Of a stretch of DNA of 64,000 nt, positions 18,071 through 25,345 are shown one piece after another. Both the position numbers and the translations under genes were made by a program. This stretch comes from an uncultured Actinomycetota bacterium (GTDB lineage: Bacteria; Actinomycetota; Actinomycetes; Actinomycetales; Dermatophilaceae), in contig CAVZBX010000006.1 in the NCBI GenBank assembly GCA_963773655.1, positions 97,201 through 161,200 of the forward strand, written 5' to 3'. Below the pieces are notes generated by a model. The model saw only the letters and a program-made list of their open reading frames with translations. It searched no databases and was not told the DNA's origin. Within the stretch, counting starts at the first letter, position 1. Every line of letters begins with the position of its first letter.

Positions 18071-19759
18071 ATGGTCCAGGACCCCAGCGCCGACTTCCCC
18101 ATCTTCGCGGTCCCCGCGTCGGCCTTCCAGCGCTTCCGCGCCGTGGTCCTCGATCCTGACTCCGCCCTCCTGCGTGGCGAGGAGCAGCCGCCGCGCCCGA
18201 CCGTCTACCGTGCCGACCGGCTGATCATCCCCGGGTACCCCGGCGACGTCCCGCGCGAGGACGACGGCGCACCCTCCACCGGTGGCCCGGACCAACGCCC
18301 CGAGACACCCCTCGACCGACTGCGCGCGATCGGCGCCCGGGACCAGTTCACCGTCCGGGTGCTCAACCGCGACGTCAGCGACCTCGCGGAGGCGCTCGGC
18401 GAGGAGGACCTGATCCGTCGCCAGGCTCGGCTGGCGGTGGAGCTCGAGCCCGTCCGGGGCCGCCAGCGACCCCCCGTCGACGCCTGGCGGGTGCTCCAGC
18501 AGGCACGCGAGGAGAGCCCGGACGACGCCCCGGGCTGGAGCCTGTCCCACGTCCTCATGGCCACCGGCTACGGGTCGGGTGTCGGCTACGGGTCGGGTGT
18601 CGGCTACGGCTCCGGCGTGGGCTACGGCTCCGGCGTGGGCTACGGCTCCGGAGTGGGCTACGGCTCCGGTGTCGGCTACGGCTCCGGAGTGGGCTACGGC
18701 TCCGGAGTAGGCTACGGCTCCGGCGTGGGCATACCGGGAACCGCCGACGGACGCACCCCGGTTCGGCTGCGGATGGAGCCTCCGGCGCCCACGGGAGGTC
18801 GTTCCCCCGTCGTCGCGATCCTCGACACCGGGCTCGGCAAGCACCCGTGGTTCCCCGACGACTCCGACCTCGTTCGCCGTAACCCTCAGGTCACCCTGCG
18901 CGACGGCAGCACCGTCCACCTCGGCCTCGACTTCGGCCAGCACGACCCGGAGGACTCCGGCGTCACCATCGACCGCGTCAACGGCTTCCTCGATCCCATG
19001 GCCGGACACGGCACGTTCATCGCCGGAGTCGTCCGGCAGCACTGCCCGGATGCGACCCTGGTCAGCGTCCCCGTGATGTACGGCGACGGTGCCGCCGACG
19101 AGGTCGACCTCGTCAGCTCGCTCCAGAAGCTGCTCATCTGGCACCGGGCCGGTCTCGCCGGCAGGAAGGGTTGCCTGCCGGTCGACGTCGTGACCCTCTC
19201 GCTGGGGTACTACCACGAGACCCCCGGAGCGGTCGACGACGAGGCAGCGCTCTTCCTCGCGATCCGCGAGCTGCAGCGAGCAGGTGTCTCCGTCGTCTCC
19301 GCCGCCGGCAACGGCTCCACCACGGAGGAGTTCTGGCCCGCAGCCCTGGCCGCGCCGAATCGGGTCGTGGAGGACGCCGCGCCGATCACCAGCGTCGGTG
19401 CCCGGAACGCCACCGGCGGCCGCGTCGCCCTCTTCTCCAACACCGGTCCGTGGGTGCGGGCCTACCGGTGCGGGGTCGCCGTCGTGAGCACGATGCCGGT
19501 GACGTTCAACGGCTCCCTCGGCGCCTCCGTCGTCGTTGCCGGCTCCGCCACGCACACCCCCGCGCGGGCGACACCGGACCCCGATGACTTCTCCTGCGGC
19601 TTCGCCGTGTGGAACGGGTCGTCCTTCTCCGCACCGGCGTTCGCCGGTGAGCTGGCCCGCCTGCTCGCGCAGTGCAAGCCCCCGACGGGCGCCGAGGCCA
19701 TGGCGACGCTTGCTGCGGAGACGGTGCCCTCGCTCCTTCCGCAGGAGGGCGAGTCGTGA
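18071..19759 (+). CDS. S8 family (subtilisin-like) serine peptidase, predicted cytoplasmic, with a unique 165-aa N-domain and a (GYGSGV)x9 linker.
   Basis: Catalytic Asp in VVAILDTGLG, His in MAGHGTFIAG, oxyanion Asn in SAAGNGS and Ser in NGSSFSAPAF. No signal peptide or TM helix is visible. GGGAGGAG lies 8 nt upstream of ATG 18071. Confidence 0.9.
   Translation: MVQDPSADFPIFAVPASAFQRFRAVVLDPDSALLRGEEQPPRPTVYRADRLIIPGYPGDVPREDDGAPSTGGPDQRPETPLDRLRAIGARDQFTVRVLNRDVSDLAEALGEEDLIRRQARLAVELEPVRGRQRPPVDAWRVLQQAREESPDDAPGWSLSHVLMATGYGSGVGYGSGVGYGSGVGYGSGVGYGSGVGYGSGVGYGSGVGYGSGVGYGSGVGIPGTADGRTPVRLRMEPPAPTGGRSPVVAILDTGLGKHPWFPDDSDLVRRNPQVTLRDGSTVHLGLDFGQHDPEDSGVTIDRVNGFLDPMAGHGTFIAGVVRQHCPDATLVSVPVMYGDGAADEVDLVSSLQKLLIWHRAGLAGRKGCLPVDVVTLSLGYYHETPGAVDDEAALFLAIRELQRAGVSVVSAAGNGSTTEEFWPAALAAPNRVVEDAAPITSVGARNATGGRVALFSNTGPWVRAYRCGVAVVSTMPVTFNGSLGASVVVAGSATHTPARATPDPDDFSCGFAVWNGSSFSAPAFAGELARLLAQCKPPTGAEAMATLAAETVPSLLPQEGES
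18566..18727 (+). repeat. In-frame 18-bp tandem repeat, 9 copies, each encoding GYGSGV.
   Basis: The copies are ggctacgggtcgggtgtc x2, ggctacggctccggcgtg x3, ggctacggctccggagtg x2, ggctacggctccggtgtc x1 and ggctacggctccggagta x1. All differences are synonymous. Confidence 0.95.
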
Positions 19760-20355
19760 TGCACACCGATGCCGGAGCCGACAGCCTCGCCGTCCGGGCG
19801 GCCCAGGCATTCCGCGCCTACCGGGACGGCGACGGCTCGGGCATGTCGACCCTCGTCGACGAGGTGACCCCCCTGCTCTGGGCGGTGGCCCGCCAGCAGG
19901 GACTGGCTCAGCAGGCCGCCGAGGACACGGTGCAGAACACCTGGCTCAAGCTCGTCGAGCACGCGACGTCGATCACCGACCCGCAGTCGGTCCTCAAGTG
20001 GTTGACCACGACGACCAAGCGCGACGCCTGGCACCTGGTCGCCCGTTCGCACCGCGAGGAGCCGGCCCGGGGCGCCGACGTCCGCGACGTCGACACCGAC
20101 GAGACCTCGCCCTCCCCCGAAGACGCCGTCCTCGCCGAGGCCGACCACCGGCTGGTCTGGGACCACTTCCGCAGACTCCCCGAGCGCTGCCGGACCCTCC
20201 TGCGTGCCATCGCCTTCGTCGACCGCCCCGACTACGCCGGCGTCGCCGAGGCGCTCGGCATGCCCATCGGCTCGATCGGCCCCACTCGCGGCCGGTGCCT
20301 CGCAAAGCTGCGCTCCTCCCTCACCTCCGACCCCCGATGGGAGATGACCTCATGA
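19759..20355 (+). CDS. ECF-type sigma-70 family RNA polymerase sigma factor.
   Basis: Region 2 reads AAEDTVQNTWLKLVEH...KWLTTTTKRDAWH and region 4 reads LPERCRTLLRAIAFVDRPDYAGVAEALGMPIGSIGPTRGRCLAKLR. ATG 19759 shares one nucleotide with the S8 stop (TGATG). Confidence 0.85.
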   Translation: MHTDAGADSLAVRAAQAFRAYRDGDGSGMSTLVDEVTPLLWAVARQQGLAQQAAEDTVQNTWLKLVEHATSITDPQSVLKWLTTTTKRDAWHLVARSHREEPARGADVRDVDTDETSPSPEDAVLAEADHRLVWDHFRRLPERCRTLLRAIAFVDRPDYAGVAEALGMPIGSIGPTRGRCLAKLRSSLTSDPRWEMTS

Positions 20356-20849
20356 CCCCCACGCCCGAACACGAGTTCACCCTCGCCGCCGAACAGCTCG
20401 ACACCACGGACGCGACGATCATCGGGGCAATCCGGGAGGTACACGAGAGCCTCGACCCGGTGCCCGGGGACCTGGTGGACCGGATCAAGTTCGCGATGAG
20501 CATCGCCTCGCTCGAGGCGCAGGTGGCCGAGATCGTCTCGGAGTCGGCGATGGCGTCGGTCCGGGGCACGGACTACGACCGCGCCGACACCGTCACCTTC
20601 GCCAGCGACGGCCTCAGCGTCATGGTCACCATCGAGCACAGCGGGACGGCTCGCGCCGACATCGCCGGGTGGGCCAGCGAGGGCAACCTCGAGGTGGAGC
20701 TCCGCGAGCGCGGACGCACCCGGACCACCGTAGCGGACGACGACGGACGGTTCACCTTCGTGGGGGTGGAGCGCGGTCTGGTCAACTTCGTCCTGAGGCG
20801 ACCGGACCGCGACGCACCGCCGATCATCACGCCGGCGATCGAGCTCTAG
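20352..20849 (+). CDS. Hypothetical 165-aa cytoplasmic protein (candidate anti-sigma factor or protease substrate).
   Basis: ATG 20352 overlaps the sigma stop (ATGA). Coding-like composition. Helical N-half (DPVPGDLVDRIKFAMSIASLEAQVAEIV) and beta-rich C-half (DDDGRFTFVGVERGLVNFVL). No family recognised by eye. Confidence 0.7.
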   Translation: MTPTPEHEFTLAAEQLDTTDATIIGAIREVHESLDPVPGDLVDRIKFAMSIASLEAQVAEIVSESAMASVRGTDYDRADTVTFASDGLSVMVTIEHSGTARADIAGWASEGNLEVELRERGRTRTTVADDDGRFTFVGVERGLVNFVLRRPDRDAPPIITPAIEL

Positions 20850-20857
20850 GAGGATCC

Positions 20858-23440
20858 ATCGAGGAAGACTCCCTCACGTCGGCCGAGCGGCTGCTCGAGT
20901 CCGCCCGCCACGAGAACGAGGTGGGTCGCTTCGACCACGCGGCGGCGCTGATCGGGGACGCCTTGGGTCGTCTCGACGGCGCCACCGGCACCCGGCACGA
21001 GACCCTTCGCGTCCGGCTCCTCATCACCGGCGCCTGGAGCCGGCTCGAGACCGAGGGACTCACGGCGGCTCTGGCCGCCCTGCACGAGGCGCGCACGCGC
21101 GCACGCGCCCTCGGGGACGAGCTCCTCTCCGCGCTGTGCCGGGTCCAGGAGGGCGTCGTGCTCGGCCACGTCGGAGCCTGGCGGCAGTCCCTGGAGGCGA
21201 TGGAGCACGTCGGTGGCGGAGAGCGCCTACTCAACCCCTCGCAACGCTGCGCGCTGCACATCAACCGCGGGCTCGCCTACATCGGCCTCGGGGCGACGAG
21301 CGCGGCCGAGGCCGAGCTGGTGGTGGCCCTCGACGTCGCCGTCGAGCACGGGCTGCGCGACCAGGAGTTCAAGACCCGGCACAACCTGGCCCAGCTGGCG
21401 TATGTCGAGGGCCAGCTGCCGCGCGCCCTTGTGCTCCTGCGGCAGGCCGAGGGCATGGACGTCGCCGTCAGCCGTGACCGTGCCCGGCTCGACCACGCCG
21501 AGGTCCTCCTCGAGGCCGGTCTGGTCGATGGCGCCCGGGGCATGCTCGAGGAGGCCCTGGAGACGGCCCGGGGCCAGGGCCACCGGCTCGAGGAGGGCGA
21601 GATCAGCCTGCGCCTGGGCCGGTGCGACCTGCTCGCCGGCGACCTGGACGGTGCCCGGCGCCACCTTCACCGGGCGATCGCCGCCTACCGGTCCCGACAG
21701 GCGGACGACCTGGTGGCCGAGGCCGAGCTGATCCGCGCCGGTGTCGACGTCGCCGAGGGCCGGGACCTTCCGGGGGTCGTCATGCGGCTCGCCGCGCGGA
21801 CCGACCGGCGCAGCGAGGTCCACGGCCCCCTCACTCCCGCCGAGCGCGACGCAGTCCGGCTGGAGGCGGAAGCGCGGCTGTTGCTCGGCGACGTCGCAGG
21901 CGCCGAGCGCCGGCTGACCTCCCTCGGGGCCGGCGCCGACCGCTCCCTCGCCGGAGCGCTCCACGAGGTGCTCGTGCGCGCCCGACTCGACCTCGCTCGG
22001 GGCCGACCGGAGGCAGCCGCCGAGCGGCTCGAGGCGGGCAACCGCGTGCTGGCCGCACACCAGTTCCAGTCGGCGAGCCTCGACGTTCGCGCCGGCATGG
22101 CCCTCCACGGCCGCCGCGCGGCGGGCCTTGACGTCGAGCGGGCTCTCCTCACGCGCGACGCCGATGAGGTGCTCACCACCGTGGAGCGGTGGCGCGCCAT
22201 CTCGCACCGGATCAATCCGGTGACCGCACCCGGCGACCCCGAGCTCGCGTCGACGACCCGCGAACTGCGCCGACTGCGCCGGCTCCTCGCCGACGGGGAG
22301 GGCGATGCCGAGCCCGACCTCGAGTCCCGGGTCGCCGAGCTCGAGTCTCGCGTGGCCGAGCGCGAGTGGGGGCTCGCTGTCGAAGGCGTGGCCGCGGGTG
22401 CCGTGCACCCGGTGACGGCGCTGGAGGCCAAGGAAGCCGCAGCCGCATCCGGCACCACCGTCGTCGAGTTCTTCGAGTCCGGGGCCGACCTCTACCAGGT
22501 GGTCGTCAACGCGACCGCGACGGACGTCGTGCGCGTGGGGGCGGTGGCCGACGTCGTCACCCTGGTCACCCGGCTGCGCCGTGACCTGCGCGCGCGGGCG
22601 GGTGTCGCTCCCGGGTCTCCCATGGCGCCGGTTCTCGAGCGCGCGACCGCCTCGTCGCTCGCCGCTGTCGACTCGGCGCTGAACCCGTCGGGCGCGGCCT
22701 CCGGCCGGGTCGTCGTCGTGCCCTCGCGCAGCCTCGCCGGGATGCCGTGGAGCCTCATGCCGAGCCTGCGGGGCCGCCCGGTGGTGGCGGCGCCATCCGC
22801 CACGCGGTGGGTCCGTGGGGCTGCCGAGCACGGGGGCGCCAGAGCCGTCGAGCCGGTCGCCGCGCTCCACGGCCCCGGGCTCGCCCGCACGGCCCCGGAG
22901 ATCCGGTCTGTCCTGGAGGCGTGGCAGGAGCCCGTCCCCACCGGCGTCGCCGCGGCGACGAGCGAGACGGTCGTCGCGGCGCTCGCCTCCGCGCGCATCG
23001 TGCACCTCGCCGCTCACGGCACCCACGAGGGCCAGAGCCCCCTGTTCTCGTCGGTGCGGATGGCCGACGGGCCGGTGTTCGCCCACGAGTTCCCCCGGCC
23101 GGTGCGTGCCGAGCACGTCGTGCTCTCGGCCTGCGACGTCGGGCAGTTCTCCACCCGGCCGGGCGACGAGCCGCTGGGCCTGGCCATCGCGTTGCTCTCC
23201 CTGGGAGCCACCAGCGTCCTCGCGGCCGTGGCCCCCGTGGCCGACGACGTCGCCCACGACGCGATGGTGGCCTACCACCGGCTGCTGGCGGGCGGCGCCG
23301 ACTCGGCCGACGCCTGGGCACGGGTCGTCGAGGGTGAGCCGGCCGCCGGCGTCTTCTGCCTCTACGGCTCGGACTGGAGCGCCCACCACGGCTCCGACGG
23401 CTCGACCTTGGAGCCTCGAGCGGCACCCGGGTCGAGCTGA
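20858..23440 (+). CDS. TPR-repeat CHAT domain protein (caspase-like cysteine protease).
   Basis: About 600 aa of helical TPR-like repeats, then a CHAT domain with His in IVHLAAHGTHEG and Cys in VVLSACDVGQ. No Walker A motif. The start is uncertain: AGGAGGA at 20848-20854 is followed only by ATC 20858, CTG 20891 and GTG 20921 in frame. Confidence 0.85.
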   Translation: MEEDSLTSAERLLESARHENEVGRFDHAAALIGDALGRLDGATGTRHETLRVRLLITGAWSRLETEGLTAALAALHEARTRARALGDELLSALCRVQEGVVLGHVGAWRQSLEAMEHVGGGERLLNPSQRCALHINRGLAYIGLGATSAAEAELVVALDVAVEHGLRDQEFKTRHNLAQLAYVEGQLPRALVLLRQAEGMDVAVSRDRARLDHAEVLLEAGLVDGARGMLEEALETARGQGHRLEEGEISLRLGRCDLLAGDLDGARRHLHRAIAAYRSRQADDLVAEAELIRAGVDVAEGRDLPGVVMRLAARTDRRSEVHGPLTPAERDAVRLEAEARLLLGDVAGAERRLTSLGAGADRSLAGALHEVLVRARLDLARGRPEAAAERLEAGNRVLAAHQFQSASLDVRAGMALHGRRAAGLDVERALLTRDADEVLTTVERWRAISHRINPVTAPGDPELASTTRELRRLRRLLADGEGDAEPDLESRVAELESRVAEREWGLAVEGVAAGAVHPVTALEAKEAAAASGTTVVEFFESGADLYQVVVNATATDVVRVGAVADVVTLVTRLRRDLRARAGVAPGSPMAPVLERATASSLAAVDSALNPSGAASGRVVVVPSRSLAGMPWSLMPSLRGRPVVAAPSATRWVRGAAEHGGARAVEPVAALHGPGLARTAPEIRSVLEAWQEPVPTGVAAATSETVVAALASARIVHLAAHGTHEGQSPLFSSVRMADGPVFAHEFPRPVRAEHVVLSACDVGQFSTRPGDEPLGLAIALLSLGATSVLAAVAPVADDVAHDAMVAYHRLLAGGADSADAWARVVEGEPAAGVFCLYGSDWSAHHGSDGSTLEPRAAPGSS

Positions 23441-23453
23441 CCGGGGGCACCGC

Positions 23454-24053
23454 TCAGATGAAGATCGCCGGCTCGGCGAACAGCGCGTCGTAGGGGTCCT
23501 GCCCCAGCCGCGCGGGGAAGCGCACCTGCGCCGGGATGCCCGTGGCCACGGCCCCGGCGGGGACGTCCTTGACGACGACGGAGTTGGCGCCGATCTGCAC
23601 GTCGTCGCCGATCTCGATGTTCCCGAGGACCCGCGCGCCGGTGCCGATGGTCACCCGGTCGCCGACCGTCGGGTGCCGCTTCACCCCGCGCTGGAGCGAG
23701 CGGCCGCCGAGGGTGACCCCGTGGTAGAGCATCACGTCGTCACCGACCACCGCGGTGGCACCGATGACGACGCCCATCCCGTGGTCGATGAAGAACCTCC
23801 GGCCGATCCGGGCGCCGGGGTGGATCTCCACTCCGGTGACCGCCCGGGTGGCCGTGGAGACCAGCCGCGCCACCGGGTGCCACTGCGGTCCGCGGTCCCA
23901 GATCCGGTGCGCGAGGCGGTAGGACCAGATCGCGTGCAGCCCCGGGCTGTTGAACGCGACGTCGGCCCGCGTCTGCGCAGCGGGGTCACGGCGCATCGCG
24001 GCATCCAGGTCCTCCCGGATGACCGCGCGCGCTCGCTGGACGAAGGACGCCAT
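23454..24053 (-). CDS. cysE: Serine O-acetyltransferase.
   Basis: Left-handed beta-helix hexapeptide repeats ([40 protein letters not shown]...[25 protein letters not shown]). It lies directly downstream of cysK. Confidence 0.9.
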   Translation of the reverse strand: MASFVQRARAVIREDLDAAMRRDPAAQTRADVAFNSPGLHAIWSYRLAHRIWDRGPQWHPVARLVSTATRAVTGVEIHPGARIGRRFFIDHGMGVVIGATAVVGDDVMLYHGVTLGGRSLQRGVKRHPTVGDRVTIGTGARVLGNIEIGDDVQIGANSVVVKDVPAGAVATGIPAQVRFPARLGQDPYDALFAEPAIFI

Positions 24054-24055
24054 GG

Positions 24056-24986
24056 TCAGTCGACGAGCCCCTCGAAAAGGATCGTGGAGAGGTAGCGCTC
24101 GCCGAAGCTGGGGATGATGACGACGATCGTCTTGCCGGCGTTCTCGGGGCGCTTGGCGACCTCGTTGGCGGCCGCGAGCGCGGACCCCGAGGAGATGCCG
24201 ACGAGCAGCCCCTCCTCGGTGGCGGCCTTGCGGGCCCACTCCACCGAGGTCTGGGCGTTGACGTCGATGACCTCGTCGTAGATCTCGGTGTTGAGGATCT
24301 CCGGGACGAAGTTGGCGCCGATGCCCTGGATCTTGTGCGGCCCGGGCTGCCCGCCGTTGAGGATCGGGGACTCCTCGGGCTCGACCGCGATGATCTGGAC
24401 CTCGGGCTTGCGCGACTTGAGCACCTCGCCGACCCCGGTGATGGTGCCGCCGGTGCCGATACCGGCCACGACCACGTCGACCTGGCCGTCGGTGTCCTTC
24501 CAGATCTCCTCGGCCGTGGTGCGGCGGTGGACCTCCGGGTTGGCGGCGTTCGCGAACTGGCGGGCGAGCACGGCGCCCTCGCGCTCGGCGACGATCTCCT
24601 CGGCGCGCGCGACCGCGCCCTTCATCCCCTCGGACCCCGGGGTGAGGACGAGCTCGGCACCGTAGGCGCGCAGCAGCGCCCGGCGCTCCTTGGACATCGT
24701 CTCCGGCATGGCGAGGACGACCTTGTAGCCGCGGGCCGCGCCGACCATCGCCAGCGCGATGCCGGTGTTGCCCGACGTGGCCTCGACGATGGTGCCCCCC
24801 GGCCACGAGGTCGCCGCTCGCCTCGGCGGCGTCGACGATGGAGACGCCGATGCGGTCCTTGACGGAGCTGGCCGGGTTGTAGAACTCGAGCTTAGCCGCC
24901 ACCGTGGCGTCGCCCTCGATGATCCGGTTGAGCCGGACGAGGGGGGTGTTGCCGACGGCCTGGGTCACGTCGTCGAGGATGGGCAT
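24056..24986 (-). pseudogene. cysK: Cysteine synthase A (O-acetylserine sulfhydrylase), frame broken by one extra base in a 6-nt C/G run at 24795-24800.
   Basis: The N-terminus [20 protein letters not shown]...[32 protein letters not shown] carries the PLP-lysine motif. It is in one frame, and [32 protein letters not shown]...[10 protein letters not shown] (ORF 24056..24748) is in another. Removing one G restores a canonical CysK. Confidence 0.8.
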
Positions 24987-25345
24987 CGGGTCGCCTTTCG
25001 ATGGTCGGTCGCGGGCACCGGCGGCCCGGGCGGGCGACGGCGCGCTGCATCAGTCCTGCGGACGGGGCAACCCCCGGCCGCTTATGCGTATTCCAACAGA
25101 GAGTTATCCGTGTGGACAACGCGCGTCCCGGGAGTGGACGCGGACGCCCGGGCGCTCCTCGGCGGTGACCTTGACCAGCGTCACACCCGCCGGGCCGGTG
25201 CCCCCGCCGGAACCCGACACTAGACTCGCCGGGACGTGCTACTGCCGGGTAACAGTGATGCTGGACCCGTCGCCGACGTGGTCAGACCCGGCCGGCGCGA
25301 GACCGAACCGGAACCGCCCGGCGTGGGCGAAGTCAGGAGAGAGCG

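Noticed and set aside
18566-18727. Possible CRISPR array. The same question applies to the 90-bp repeats at 27961-28262.
   Set aside because: The repeats are directly tandem with no unique spacers, lie in frame inside protein-coding genes, and no cas genes are present in the window.
18011-19810. 599-aa minus-strand ORF containing a repeated AVAHSGAVADTG-like peptide.
   Set aside because: It is antisense to the S8 protease gene. The repeat is simply the mirror image of the GYGSGV repeat, and the composition is Gly/Arg/Ala-rich without motifs.
21227-23389. 720-aa minus-strand ORF.
   Set aside because: It is antisense to the TPR-CHAT gene, with shadow-ORF composition and no recognisable domain.
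16934-23453. tRNA-Ser(TGA)-anchored genomic island or prophage carrying the S8/sigma/CHAT operon.
   Set aside because: - The operon lies on the 5' side of the tRNA, whereas elements integrate at the 3' end.
- No integrase, excisionase or mobility gene is present.
- No flanking direct repeats bracket it.
- Its GC and codon style look like the surrounding chromosome.
It is treated as a resident chromosomal locus.
23454-24986. 510-aa ORF read as one protein.
   Set aside because: The first about 60 residues are genuine CysK and the last 199 are genuine CysE. The roughly 250 residues in between are Arg/Gly/His-rich out-of-frame read-through of cysK, so it was resolved as cysE plus a frameshifted cysK.
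24904-25345. N-terminal 147 codons of ORF 24904..27720 as the start of the Fe-S reductase.
   Set aside because: This part overlaps the cysK 5' end and promoter region and translates to low-complexity Arg/Pro sequence. A proper TM-rich N-terminus with SD-like GGAGAGAG upstream of ATG 25346 exists in another frame.
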